Assembly (NCBI GenBank): GCA_026391795.1
Contig: JAPLDI010000004.1
Span: 26,068-90,067 of the forward strand
DNA length: 64,000 nt
Origin: Bacteroidota bacterium
Lineage (GTDB): Bacteria > Bacteroidota > Bacteroidia > Bacteroidales > FEN-979
Direction of reading: 5' to 3'
The notes below the pieces were generated by a model. It worked only from the letters and a program-made list of their open reading frames with translations. It had not been told where the DNA came from and did not search any database. The position numbers and the translations under genes were made by a program. Of this stretch, positions 53,091 through 62,480 are shown one piece after another. Each line of letters starts with the position of its first letter. Positions within the stretch are counted from its first letter, which is position 1.

Positions 53091-54836
53091 ATGTTACGCA
53101 CACACACATGCGGTGAATTAAACATGCAGTTTACCGGTCAGTTCGTGACCCTTTGCGGATGGATCCAGCGGATACGGGAAATGGGAGGAATGACCTTCAT
53201 CGACCTCCGCGACCGTTACGGAATTACCCAGCTTGTTTTTAATCTCCAGGTTCAGCCCGATCTGTTTGCCAAAGTCAAAGAGCTGGGCCGCGAATTCGTG
53301 ATCTCGGCAAAAGGAAGGGTGGCAGAACGTTCAAGCAAGAATACCAAAATACCCACCGGCGACATCGAGATCCTTGTCGATTCCCTCGAAATCCTGAACG
53401 CTTCAAAGATTCCGCCGTTCACCATTGAAGATAATACCGACGGCGGCGAAGAGCTCCGCATGAAATACCGCTACCTTGATCTCCGCCGGACCGTGGTAAG
53501 GACGAATATTGAATTGCGCCACCGCATGGCCATCCTCACCCGGAATTACATGAATGAACAGGGATTTATCGAGATCGAAACGCCTGTCCTCATTAAATCC
53601 ACGCCCGAAGGTGCACGTGATTTTGTGGTTCCCTCACGGATGAACCCCGGACAGTTCTATGCACTGCCCCAGTCTCCGCAAACCTTTAAACAATTGCTGA
53701 TGGTCGCCGGTTTCGACCGGTATTTCCAGGTCGTGAAGTGCTTTCGCGATGAAGACCTGCGCGCCGACCGCCAGCCCGAATTTTCACAGATCGACTGTGA
53801 AATGTCGTTCGTGACCCAGGAGGATATCCTTAACACCTTTGAAGGACTTGCCAAATACCTGTTCGCACAGGTTAAGGGCATTGACACCGGTGATTTCCCA
53901 AGAATCGGGTACGACGAGGCCATGCGTGAGTATGGAAGTGACAAGCCTGATATCCGTTTCGGGATGAAACTCGTTGAACTGAACGCAACCGTAAAAAACA
54001 GGGGATTTAAAGTCTTTGATGATGCAGAACTGGTTGCGGGCATCAATGCCACGGGATGCTGTGAATATTCACGCAAACAGATCGACGAACTGACCGATTG
54101 GGTGAAACGCCCGCAAGTCGGCGCTTCCGGACTGGTCTATATCCGTTACGGAACCGATGGTACGTTAAAATCATCCGTAGATAAATTTTATTCTGCCGAT
54201 GATCTGAAAGCCATTGCAGCCCAATTCTCCGCCGCTCCCGGCGACCTTATCCTGATCCTGGCCGGGAAAATGGAAAAGACACAAAATGCCCTCGGAACAC
54301 TGCGGCTGGAGATGGGGAAACGGCTTGGCCTGATCGACCCGAAGGTGTTCAAACCCCTCTGGGTGGTTAATTTCCCGCTGCTGGAATGGGATGAAGATTC
54401 AAAACGGTTCTATGCAAAGCATCATCCGTTCACATCACCCGTTCCGCAGGATATCCCGTTGCTCGACACCGATCCCGGATCCGTAAGGGCGAACGCCTAC
54501 GACCTTGTCATCAACGGGGTTGAGATCGGCGGCGGGTCGATCCGTATTCACAACCGCGACCTGCAGAAGAAGATGTTCCAGGTGCTTGGATTCACCGACG
54601 AACTTGCCCAGGAACAGTTCGGGTTCCTGATGAATGCCTTTGAATACGGCGCACCTCCGCACGGCGGGATTGCCTTCGGGTTCGACCGCTGGTGTACCAT
54701 TTTCGGAGGAGGAGAATCGATCCGCGACTTCATGGCCTTCCCTAAAAACAATTCCGGCAGGGATGTGATGATCGATACCCCTTCGTCTATCAGCGAAGAA
54801 CAGCTGAAAGAGCTGAACATTAAGCTGACGAGTTGA
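53091..54836 (+). CDS. aspS: Aspartate--tRNA ligase
   Basis: Class II motifs [14 protein letters not shown] and GGGSIRIH....[14 protein letters not shown]. 581 aa. Confidence 0.95.
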   Translation: MLRTHTCGELNMQFTGQFVTLCGWIQRIREMGGMTFIDLRDRYGITQLVFNLQVQPDLFAKVKELGREFVISAKGRVAERSSKNTKIPTGDIEILVDSLEILNASKIPPFTIEDNTDGGEELRMKYRYLDLRRTVVRTNIELRHRMAILTRNYMNEQGFIEIETPVLIKSTPEGARDFVVPSRMNPGQFYALPQSPQTFKQLLMVAGFDRYFQVVKCFRDEDLRADRQPEFSQIDCEMSFVTQEDILNTFEGLAKYLFAQVKGIDTGDFPRIGYDEAMREYGSDKPDIRFGMKLVELNATVKNRGFKVFDDAELVAGINATGCCEYSRKQIDELTDWVKRPQVGASGLVYIRYGTDGTLKSSVDKFYSADDLKAIAAQFSAAPGDLILILAGKMEKTQNALGTLRLEMGKRLGLIDPKVFKPLWVVNFPLLEWDEDSKRFYAKHHPFTSPVPQDIPLLDTDPGSVRANAYDLVINGVEIGGGSIRIHNRDLQKKMFQVLGFTDELAQEQFGFLMNAFEYGAPPHGGIAFGFDRWCTIFGGGESIRDFMAFPKNNSGRDVMIDTPSSISEEQLKELNIKLTS

Positions 54837-54861
54837 GGAGCTGACGAGCTAATGAGGTGAG
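54824..54861. repeat. CTGACGAG-family array (F1) supplying the aspS stop
   Basis: GCTGACGAGTTGAGGAGCTGACGAGCTAATGAGGTGAG. The TGA at 54834-54836 is the stop. Confidence 0.85.
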
Positions 54862-54884
54862 TATCTGTTGATACGGTTGGGTGG

Positions 54885-54917
54885 TTTTTTTTCACCGCAA
54901 AGTCGCGAAGACGCAAG
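54885..54917. repeat. ACCGCAAAG-family module (F3)
   Basis: TTTTTTTTCACCGCAAAGTCGCGAAGACGCAAG, followed by AAATCGTAAATTG at 54937-54949. Confidence 0.85.
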
Positions 54918-54955
54918 AACCTGATTCGGAAATCTGAAATCGTAAATTGCTTTGA

Positions 54956-55012
54956 CTTTATAAACTTTATAACTTTAAGAACTTTATAAACTTTATAAAC
55001 TTTATAAACTTT
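54956..55012. repeat. CTTTATAAA nonamer array (F12) immediately upstream of a lipoprotein gene
   Basis: CTTTATAAACTTTATAACTTTAAGAACTTTATAAACTTTATAAACTTTATAAACTTTT ends 3 nt before ATG 55016. Confidence 0.9.
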
Positions 55013-55015
55013 TGT

Positions 55016-55390
55016 ATGAACTTTAAGAACTTATTTCTTCCTGCGATTATCAGTACGATGGTCCTGTTATCCGCCTGTGGAAACCGTGAACTGAAAAAGG
55101 ATGCCGCAAAGATCGGAGATGCGATGTGCCGGAACATTGAGGTTATGAGCAAGATGAAGGCGGCAAACATTGATGATTCTGCCACCCTGAAAAAGCTCCG
55201 CCTGCAATCTACTCAGCTTCAGAATGAGATGATGGTCATGTACCAGGATTTCAATAAAAAATACGGGGACAAGACCAAAGACCAGAAATTCATCAAAGAG
55301 TTCAATTCCGAGCTGCGGAAATCCATGCTCGAATGCCCCTATCTATCCAAGACCGACCGGGAGATCTTTGAGCGGGAACTCAAGGAATAA
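55016..55390 (+). CDS. Hypothetical lipoprotein
   Basis: The lipobox VLLSAC follows MNFKNLFLPAIISTM. 124 aa with a helical, K/E-rich body. Confidence 0.6.
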   Translation: MNFKNLFLPAIISTMVLLSACGNRELKKDAAKIGDAMCRNIEVMSKMKAANIDDSATLKKLRLQSTQLQNEMMVMYQDFNKKYGDKTKDQKFIKEFNSELRKSMLECPYLSKTDREIFERELKE

Positions 55391-55397
55391 CTAAGGA

Positions 55398-55436
55398 AAT
55401 TTCGCCATCTTGCTTTTCGCCATTTCGCTATTTATA
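55398..55436. repeat. TTTCGC(C/T)ATTT-family module (F11)
   Basis: AATTTCGCCATCTTGCTTTTCGCCATTTCGCTATTTATA. Confidence 0.85.
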
Positions 55437-55440
55437 CTTC

Positions 55441-55572
55441 CGGGGTTCCTTCAGCCTTCCTATATCCTACCTTCAGCATAGCATCAGATATGGAATGAAA
55501 AAAACAGTCCATATCTGATGCTATGCTGGAGCTAAGCTGGAGCCAGGCTGGAGGAAGGGTGAAGGAAACCCG
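55441..55572. repeat. About 132-nt imperfect hairpin with a 21-bp perfect stem
   Basis: CAGCATAGCATCAGATATGGA (55474-55494) pairs with TCCATATCTGATGCTATGCTG (55508-55528) around the loop ATGAAAAAAACAG. The outer 20-mers 55441-55460 and 55553-55572 pair at 18 of 20 positions. Confidence 0.9.
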
Positions 55573-55722
55573 TAATAAATCTTGTGGAAACCCGCTATCT
55601 GATTTTCTTAAAAATCAACCCAAAACATTGACGGCCATTGTTGTGCAAAAACCAGGTTGCGTGCAATTTGCACGACGGAATTTAACTTTTGCAAAAATCC
55701 ATCTTTGTATTATTTTTACCCC

Positions 55723-58017
55723 ATGAAAAGGATCTGGAAAATCTTTAAATGGACAGCTGCAGGAATCGGGGCCCTGATCATTCTCCTGGTGGTGATACTT
55801 GTGCTTTTTACCGGCCCGATCGCAAAATACATCATCGAACACAACAGCGAAAAATTTACCGGCCGCATCATTCGTATCGACAAATTGAAGATCAATGTAT
55901 TCAACGGGAAGATAAATGCCTATGGGCTGAAGGTGTATGAACAGGATAAGAAAACCCTGTTCTTTGGCTTTAAACACATGCTTCTTGATATCGACAAATG
56001 GAAGCTGATGAAACAGGTATACCGTGTGGAACACCTTCTTGTGGAAGAGCCCTATGTCAGGATAGCACAGAAAGGATCTTCTTCCAATTATGACGACATC
56101 CTGAAAAAGTTTGAACCGGATCCCAAAAAACCAAAAGATCCCGCAGACACAATCCCGGTAAAATATTTGCTTGACGACCTGAAGATCACAGGAGGAAAGG
56201 TCAGTTATAATAACGAGGACTACCAGCTGAACACCCAGCTGATGAAACTGGGAATCATGATCCCGAAATTTTCCTGGAACGATCCTTCCGTTGAAGTGAT
56301 CTATAATTGTATCATCCGCACGGGGGGTCTTTTTACGGGGGATCTCAGGCTGAACCTTAACACCCTTGAGTTTACGCATAATTTCAAGGTCGACGGTTTT
56401 AAGATGGATGTACTGTATCCATACCTGACGCCCTACCTGAAGATCCGTGAATTCAGGGGACAACTGAACCTTGACCTGAAGACAAAAGGAAATTTCAACG
56501 ACCCTATGTCCATTGCCATAAAAGGGAAAAGCGGGATCTACAAGCTGGAGCTCATTGACGACGAAGGGAAAAAAGTGGCGGGGTTCAACATGTTCACACA
56601 AACCATCGACTCTCTCAACTTCAAACAGAACATATGGAAATTCGGACCGATCCTGATGGATGAACCCTATTTCCGTTATGAAAAGTTCCCTGATGCCGAT
56701 AATCTTTCCCGCCTTGTCCTGGCTTCCATGACCACAGTGCCTGCTGCCGGCAATGCCGCTGCACCTGCCGTCGCTAAAACGGCAAGTTTCAATCCTTTTG
56801 TAATGGGAGCGGATTATATCAGTGCTGTGGGAAAAGAGATTGTCATCACCGATTACCGTGTCAGGCGATTCAGCATTACCGGCGGTATGGCCGATTATTA
56901 TGACCATACACTGGATGAGGAGTTCCACCTGCACCTGAGCGAATTGTATTTCGACGTGGAACAACTGAACTCGGAAAAGAACAGGGCGATGATCGACTTC
57001 AGCACAACCATCAACAAGGGTGGGTTTGTCAGGGCCGATATCTCTGTAAACCCGAATGATCTCATGGAGTTCGACGTCAGGTACGAGATGAAGAATGTTG
57101 CTGTAGTGGATTATAATCCTTATTCCGTCTTCAATGTGGCTTACCCGTTTACAAAAGGAAAGGTCAATTATACCGGAACTGTCAGTGTCAAGAACCACAA
57201 GATAAAGATGGACAACAAGCTTTTCGTGGAAAAAATCTATGCCGGGAAAAAGGTGAAGAACAAAACCTCGATGAATCTTCCGGTGAAGCTGGTACTTGCA
57301 ATTCTTCGCGATAAAAACGGGAACATCACACTGGTCGTGCCTGTGGAAGGAGATCTTGACAACCCGAAGTTCAAATGGTGGAAGATCGTCGGACAGGTGC
57401 TAAAAAACCTGTTCACAAAAGCTGTATCCGCACCGGCAAGCTTACTGGCAAGTTCTCACGGCGGTAACGAAGAGGATTACAAGGAGATCAAATTTGAATA
57501 TGGGCAGCAACACCTGACAGAAAAACAGATGTCGCACCTGGGTAAACTGACAGAAATGCTGAAAGATAAACCGGAACTGGTAATGGAACTGAAGCAAACG
57601 CTCGACCCTGACAAAGACCTTGAATACCTTACCTACAATGAAGCCAAGAAAAGATTCTATGCTGAAACCATGAACAAACAGTTCAGTGGCGATACCATTC
57701 CCCGGGAAGATTTTCTCGCCATCAGCACCCTGAGCATTACCGATTCGGCATTTGTGGCTTATCTTAACAAAAAGACCCTCATCACCAACCCCCTGGTTTC
57801 CACACTCGAAAAATGCACACGGATGATCGGGGCGGAAAATCTTAAAAGGCTTCAGAAATCGAAAATGGACTGGAGGAACGAAGCATTGGGAGAATACATA
57901 AAGACGAAACTGAGTCTTCCCGCCAACCGGTTTGTGATCTCCAACAATACAGATCCGGCGCAGGTTCCCGAAGACAACATCCCGCGTTACCTGATCTCTT
58001 ATTCCGTCCCGGAATAA
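55723..58017 (+). CDS. DUF748-like N-terminally anchored envelope protein
   Basis: Start MKRIWKIFKWTAAGIGALIILLVVILVLF (one TM helix). The ORF-track start at 55657 is rejected. The long beta-rich body contains the repeated L-K-I-x-x-G-K-(I/V) strand pattern I associate with DUF748/AsmA-like proteins. Confidence 0.6.
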   Translation: MKRIWKIFKWTAAGIGALIILLVVILVLFTGPIAKYIIEHNSEKFTGRIIRIDKLKINVFNGKINAYGLKVYEQDKKTLFFGFKHMLLDIDKWKLMKQVYRVEHLLVEEPYVRIAQKGSSSNYDDILKKFEPDPKKPKDPADTIPVKYLLDDLKITGGKVSYNNEDYQLNTQLMKLGIMIPKFSWNDPSVEVIYNCIIRTGGLFTGDLRLNLNTLEFTHNFKVDGFKMDVLYPYLTPYLKIREFRGQLNLDLKTKGNFNDPMSIAIKGKSGIYKLELIDDEGKKVAGFNMFTQTIDSLNFKQNIWKFGPILMDEPYFRYEKFPDADNLSRLVLASMTTVPAAGNAAAPAVAKTASFNPFVMGADYISAVGKEIVITDYRVRRFSITGGMADYYDHTLDEEFHLHLSELYFDVEQLNSEKNRAMIDFSTTINKGGFVRADISVNPNDLMEFDVRYEMKNVAVVDYNPYSVFNVAYPFTKGKVNYTGTVSVKNHKIKMDNKLFVEKIYAGKKVKNKTSMNLPVKLVLAILRDKNGNITLVVPVEGDLDNPKFKWWKIVGQVLKNLFTKAVSAPASLLASSHGGNEEDYKEIKFEYGQQHLTEKQMSHLGKLTEMLKDKPELVMELKQTLDPDKDLEYLTYNEAKKRFYAETMNKQFSGDTIPREDFLAISTLSITDSAFVAYLNKKTLITNPLVSTLEKCTRMIGAENLKRLQKSKMDWRNEALGEYIKTKLSLPANRFVISNNTDPAQVPEDNIPRYLISYSVPE

Positions 58018-58062
58018 CAGCTGATGAGTTTGCGAGCTCATCAACTCATCAGCTCATCAGCT
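58018..58062. repeat. F1 hairpin directly after a stop codon
   Basis: GCTGATGAGTT (58020-58030) pairs with AACTCATCAGC (58043-58053) across a 12-nt loop, followed by a further TCATCAGCT. Confidence 0.9.
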
Positions 58063-58069
58063 AATTGTG

Positions 58070-58077
58070 TACCTTTG
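58070..58077 (+). promoter_or_regulatory. Candidate -7 promoter box (TAnnTTTG)
   Basis: TACCTTTG ends 7 nt before ATG 58085, so the mRNA would be nearly leaderless. Confidence 0.4.
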
Positions 58078-58084
58078 CACCCGG

Positions 58085-59332
58085 ATGAAACCACCCCTGT
58101 CTAAAATTGAAATAACCGCTCCCGTTGGTTCCTGGGAGTCACTGACAGCTGCCATTCAGGCCGGAGCCGATTCTGTTTATTTCGGGATCGGGATCCTGAA
58201 CATGCGTGCACGTTCATCCATCAATTTCACCCTCCGCGACCTGGTGAAGATCTCGCGGGTCTGCCGCAAAAACAATGTTCAGACATACCTTACGCTGAAC
58301 ACGGTTATCTACGACACAGAACTGAAAGAGATGCGGAAGATCGTCGATTCTGCTAAAAAAAACGGGATCACCGCTCTCATCGCTTCCGATCAGGCTGTAA
58401 TCCAGTATGCTGTTTCGGTGGGGATGCCGGTTCACATGAGCACCCAGACCAATATCACCAATCTTGCCGCCGTCAGGTATTACTCGCAGTTCGCCGATGT
58501 GATGGTCACCGCACGGGAACTTGCTCTTAAGCAGGTTTCGGCAATCACCAGGGCGATCAGGCAGGAAAATATCACCGGGCCATCCGGGAAGCCGGTACGG
58601 ATCGAGATCTTCGCCCACGGGGCGCTCTGCATGGCGGTTTCCGGGAAATGCTATCTCAGCCTTGACAACTTCAATGCTTCCGCAAACCGTGGTTCCTGTT
58701 ATCAGCTTTGCCGCCGCCCCTACAAAGTCACCGACCTTGACGGAAATGTGGAACTGGAGATCGACAACGAATACATCATGTCGCCAAAAGATCTTTGCAC
58801 CATTGGATTTCTCGACAAGATACTCGCGGCCGGTGTCAGCATCCTGAAAATCGAGGGCCGGGGCCGCAGTCCGGAATATGTGAATACTGTTATCTCCTGT
58901 TACCGTGAAGCTGTTGATTCGGTATCTGACGGAACATACACTGGTAAGAAAGTGAAGGAATGGATGGCCCGGTTGAACAACGTTTACAACCGCGGATTCT
59001 GGGATGGCTATTACCTCGGTCAGACGCTGGGAGAATGGGCTGAACAACACGGTTCTGTGGCCACGCAGCGGAAAGAATATGTGGGAAAGGTCACCAATTA
59101 CTTCAGCAAGCTGAAGGTGGCCGAGGTCCAGATGGAGTCAGGCTTTCTGAAACCCGGCGACGGCGTTTACATCCAGGGACCTACAACCGGTTCTGTTGAG
59201 ATGATAATACCCGAGATCAGGGTCGACCTGAAGCCGGTGAAGAAAACTGTCAAGGGCGACCAGTGTTCCATCCCGGTCGGAACTTTTCTCCGCCGTGCCG
59301 ACAAAATTTATAAAATCATCAATAAGTCGTAA
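58085..59332 (+). CDS. Peptidase U32 family protein
   Basis: U32 signature EIFAHGALCMAVSGKCYLS. TIM-barrel-like N-terminus LEITAPVGSWESLTAAIQAGADSVYFG. Confidence 0.85.
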   Translation: MKPPLSKIEITAPVGSWESLTAAIQAGADSVYFGIGILNMRARSSINFTLRDLVKISRVCRKNNVQTYLTLNTVIYDTELKEMRKIVDSAKKNGITALIASDQAVIQYAVSVGMPVHMSTQTNITNLAAVRYYSQFADVMVTARELALKQVSAITRAIRQENITGPSGKPVRIEIFAHGALCMAVSGKCYLSLDNFNASANRGSCYQLCRRPYKVTDLDGNVELEIDNEYIMSPKDLCTIGFLDKILAAGVSILKIEGRGRSPEYVNTVISCYREAVDSVSDGTYTGKKVKEWMARLNNVYNRGFWDGYYLGQTLGEWAEQHGSVATQRKEYVGKVTNYFSKLKVAEVQMESGFLKPGDGVYIQGPTTGSVEMIIPEIRVDLKPVKKTVKGDQCSIPVGTFLRRADKIYKIINKS

Positions 59333-59349
59333 CGCTTAACGGGTAACGC

Positions 59350-60216
59350 GTGACGCGAAAAACCAAACATCATAAATTGCTTTTTAACCTACATACACAT
59401 TCTAATTTCAGTGACGGATCTTCCGATCCGGAAGATTATATCAAAGAGGCCGTTTCCCAGGGTTTTGACAGCCTGGGCTTTTCCGACCATTCCCCTGTTC
59501 CCTTTGAAAACAAGTTCGCCATCCCGCAGGAAAGCCTTGACGAATATGTTGATACGATTCTTGCATTAAAGAAAAAATATCCCTCCTTATCCATTCTTCT
59601 AGCCTTCGAGGTTGATTATATCCCCGGGTTGACCCAGCCGTTTGAATTATATCGCAAAACATATGCTCTCGATTACCTCATCGGCTCTGTTCATCTTGTA
59701 AAAAATGAAGCTTCGGGCAAACTCTGGTTCATTGATGGACCCGATATCTCCATTTATGATAACGGGCTGAAGGAGATCTTCTCAGGAGACGCGGGACTGG
59801 CGGTAACTGCCTATTACCGGCAGTTACAGGAGATGATCTCCACACAGAAACCGGATATTATAGGTCACCTTGACAAGATCAAGATGTACAACCGTGACCG
59901 GTTTTTCTCAGAGCAGGAGCCCTGGTATGGAAAACTGGTGGAAGAGACACTTGATCTTGCGGCCGGCACAGGAAGCGTGATTGAGGTTAATACCCGCGGC
60001 ATCTACAAAAAAAGGTCGGAAACCCTTTTCCCCGGACCGGAAATCCTGAAAAAAATCCGCCTGCGTAACATCCCTGTTACGATTACATCCGATGCGCATA
60101 AGCCCCATGAGTTGTCGCTGGGTTTCGGCGAGGCAGCAAAAATCTTACTGAATCTCGGGTTTAAATCAACCTGGTCAAAAGTTGCCGGGGGGTGGAAGGA
60201 AGTTGGATTGGACTAA
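59350..60216 (+). CDS. PHP-family histidinol-phosphatase-like protein (HisJ family)
   Basis: LHTHSNFSDGS metal motif, later SDHSP, GSVHL, IGHLD and TSDAH. GTG start. Confidence 0.75.
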   Translation: MTRKTKHHKLLFNLHTHSNFSDGSSDPEDYIKEAVSQGFDSLGFSDHSPVPFENKFAIPQESLDEYVDTILALKKKYPSLSILLAFEVDYIPGLTQPFELYRKTYALDYLIGSVHLVKNEASGKLWFIDGPDISIYDNGLKEIFSGDAGLAVTAYYRQLQEMISTQKPDIIGHLDKIKMYNRDRFFSEQEPWYGKLVEETLDLAAGTGSVIEVNTRGIYKKRSETLFPGPEILKKIRLRNIPVTITSDAHKPHELSLGFGEAAKILLNLGFKSTWSKVAGGWKEVGLD

Positions 60217-60254
60217 AGCCTTTTCTTCTGTTCTGCCCCCGGACTTTCTTCTGC

Positions 60255-60274
60255 CCCCGGACTAAAGTCCGGGG
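60255..60274. terminator. Candidate bidirectional terminator hairpin between convergent genes
   Basis: CCCCGGAC-TAAA-GTCCGGGG. It is preceded by the direct repeat TTCTTCTG(TTC)TGCCCCCGGAC x2. Confidence 0.45.
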
Positions 60275-60278
60275 TAAT

Positions 60279-60749
60279 TCAAGATAACCCCTTCTGGTCT
60301 GATGGATTTGCCTGTTCTGCCTTCTTCATTTTTAATTCCATCCTGTAGTGCCCTATCCCGGCCTCAAAAAAGAGGTCGCCTTCGGTTACAAACCCGTTTC
60401 GTTCATAAAAGGGAACTGCCCGCAGCTGTGAATGCAGGTAAATGGCCTTTCCAAGCGGTATAACGTCCTTTAAGACCTCTTTCAGGATAATCCCCCCAAG
60501 TCCCCGGTTACGGAACTCCTGCAGCACCGCAAACCGTTCCAGCTTGATCCCCTTTTCCGTCTCCCGCCAGCGGGCAGTGGCAAGCGCTTTTCCGGCCATC
60601 ATTAGCAGGTAGTGGTGCGCTTCTTCTTCATGATCATATTCCAGGCCGGCATCAACGCCCTCCTCTTCCACAAATACCTTCTTGCGGATGGAGAAGGCCT
60701 GATCAGCCAGCTCTTGGTCGGAAAAACTAAATCTTTTTACTTCTGTCAT
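60279..60749 (-). CDS. GNAT-family N-acetyltransferase
   Basis: Acetyl-CoA motif QEFRNRGLGGIIL. 156 aa. Confidence 0.8.
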   Translation of the reverse strand: MTEVKRFSFSDQELADQAFSIRKKVFVEEEGVDAGLEYDHEEEAHHYLLMMAGKALATARWRETEKGIKLERFAVLQEFRNRGLGGIILKEVLKDVIPLGKAIYLHSQLRAVPFYERNGFVTEGDLFFEAGIGHYRMELKMKKAEQANPSDQKGLS

Positions 60750-60754
60750 AGGCT

Positions 60755-60834
60755 GGCTGATGAGCTGATGAGCTATCGGGTTGATGAGCCAAGAAATAAT
60801 CTCGTCAGCTCATCAACTCGCAAACTCGTCAGCT
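60755..60834. repeat. Compound F1 hairpin after the polyferredoxin stop
   Basis: GTTGATGAGC (60780-60789) pairs with GCTCATCAAC (60808-60817). The outer GCTGATGAG pairs with CTCGTCAGC. The TAG stop (60833-60835, - strand) lies in the CTAGCTGACGAG unit. Confidence 0.9.
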
Positions 60835-62476
60835 AGAATGGAAAATCATCCGTTGGTTTCATTGTTTTCTTGTTTTCCCCGATTTTCTTTTTCGGTTTTT
60901 GTGCTTTCCGGTGATAGGAATTTGCTTCCACGTAAATCGCTTTATCGGGTTTGGTCGGACAGGCATATTCACAGGCGCCGCATCCAACACAGATCTTTTC
61001 GTCTACCTTCGGAATGGTCAGCGTTCCCAGGTAAGGAACCATTTCAACTGCTTTTGTCGGACAATGTTCCGAACACGCCCCGCAGGCGGTGAATTTGGTG
61101 ACAACAATGCAGATGTTCTTGATGAATTTTGATGTTCCGATCTGCAGGGTTGCTTTCTGTTCCTTCGTTATTGGAAAGATTGCACCCGTGGGGCATACTT
61201 CCGAACATTTCACACATTCAAAATTACAATATTCGGCGTGAAAATCCATTTTGGGCTGGAACATCCCTGAAAGACCGAACTCCATGAAGGTTGGCTGGAG
61301 TACCTTTGTCGGACAAACGCTCACACAGAGGTGGCACGCGGTGCAATTGGCGGTATAATGCCAGATGCTGACCGAACCCGGCGGGGTTACCGGAACAGCA
61401 CTGATTCCCTGCGAACCGGCACTTTCCCCGAAAACAGTTTTCGCAGATAATAATGCGGTCGTGCCTAAAATAGTGGTCTTGAAAAAATTCCGTTTTGAAA
61501 GATTTGCGGGGAATTCGTTTTTACCGCAAAGGACGCTAAGGGCAGACAAAGGTCGCGAAGACATGTTGTTTGTCACTATAGTCCCTGCGTCCATTGCTTC
61601 TTCTTTGCGCTCTTTGCGGTTAAAAAAAGCTGTCTTGTACCCAATCCCCTTCTCCGGGCATGACGCAAAACAGTCATAACAGGCAACGCATCTCGAAAAA
61701 TCCACCTTTTTTTCTTTCACGTCGATGCAGGTTGACTTGCATGCTTTTACACAATTTCCACAGGATGTACATGCGGTTTCATCGATCCGAATCTTAAAAA
61801 ATGAAAACCTTGAAAAAATACCCAGCAGGGTGCCTGCAGGGCACAGGGTGTTGCAGTACCATCTCCCTTTATAAACTGCCAGGAAAATGATCAGGGTCAA
61901 AAAGAAAAATGAAAAAACGAGCGGCGGCCAGGAAAAGATTTTAACAGGAACCGAATATACGGAATAGGAATCGAACAGCTGAAAGATCCTCGACAGGAGA
62001 TTATTCCCCATGTAAACCAGCGGCCGTAAGAGGTTGGAAAAGATCTTCCCGGCAAGACTGTATGGATCAAGCAGGTTGATGAAAAAGATGGAAGAAAAAC
62101 AACAGACCAGTACCAGTAACCCTAAAACTGTATACCGGATGCCATTTTGCGGCCGGGTATACCGGATCCGATTTTTGATCCGTATTTTTTTGTTTATCCA
62201 GATGAAGATATCCTGCAGTGTGCCCAAAGGGCACACAGTGGAACAATAAACCCTTCCGAAAAAAAGGGTGATAAGGAGGATGAATAGAAATCCTGCTGCT
62301 GCAACGGAAATGACATCAATAAATTTAAGGAATGAGGGAATGAACTGAAGATACAACAGCGCCCGGATCAGCCGGGAGGCAAGAACTCCTGTAAAATCCA
62401 CAAAAACAAATACGGTAAAAAGAAAAAAGATCAGCGAAACAACAACCCTGATCTTTTTCAGGAATAAAAACTGCAT
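60833..62476 (-). CDS. Membrane polyferredoxin (NapH-like N-terminal half plus C-terminal multi-[4Fe-4S] half)
   Basis: TM helices with GRVYCSTVCPLGTLQD and GRWYCNTLCPAGTLLG. Cluster motifs CTSCGNCVKAC, CVACYDCFASCP, CTACHLCVSVCP, CVKCSEVCP, CGACSEHCP and CVGCGACEYACP. The two halves are joined by a repeat-encoded linker. Confidence 0.75.
   Translation of the reverse strand: MQFLFLKKIRVVVSLIFFLFTVFVFVDFTGVLASRLIRALLYLQFIPSFLKFIDVISVAAAGFLFILLITLFFGRVYCSTVCPLGTLQDIFIWINKKIRIKNRIRYTRPQNGIRYTVLGLLVLVCCFSSIFFINLLDPYSLAGKIFSNLLRPLVYMGNNLLSRIFQLFDSYSVYSVPVKIFSWPPLVFSFFFLTLIIFLAVYKGRWYCNTLCPAGTLLGIFSRFSFFKIRIDETACTSCGNCVKACKSTCIDVKEKKVDFSRCVACYDCFASCPEKGIGYKTAFFNRKERKEEAMDAGTIVTNNMSSRPLSALSVLCGKNEFPANLSKRNFFKTTILGTTALLSAKTVFGESAGSQGISAVPVTPPGSVSIWHYTANCTACHLCVSVCPTKVLQPTFMEFGLSGMFQPKMDFHAEYCNFECVKCSEVCPTGAIFPITKEQKATLQIGTSKFIKNICIVVTKFTACGACSEHCPTKAVEMVPYLGTLTIPKVDEKICVGCGACEYACPTKPDKAIYVEANSYHRKAQKPKKKIGENKKTMKPTDDFPF
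61518..61627. repeat. About 110-nt palindromic F3 element lying in-frame inside the polyferredoxin ORF
   Basis: Left end TTTTTACCGCAAAGGACGC. The right end's reverse complement is TTTTTAACCGCAAAGAGCGC. It encodes ...FFNRKERKEEAMDAGTIVTNNMSSRPLSALSVLCGKNEF... Confidence 0.85.
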
Positions 62477-62480
62477 CTCC

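Noticed and set aside
38840-58017. Whether the two N-terminally anchored beta-rich proteins (38840-40573 and 55723-58017) are paralogues forming a system.
   Set aside because: I could not see convincing sequence similarity between them by eye, and they are 15 kb apart on opposite strands.
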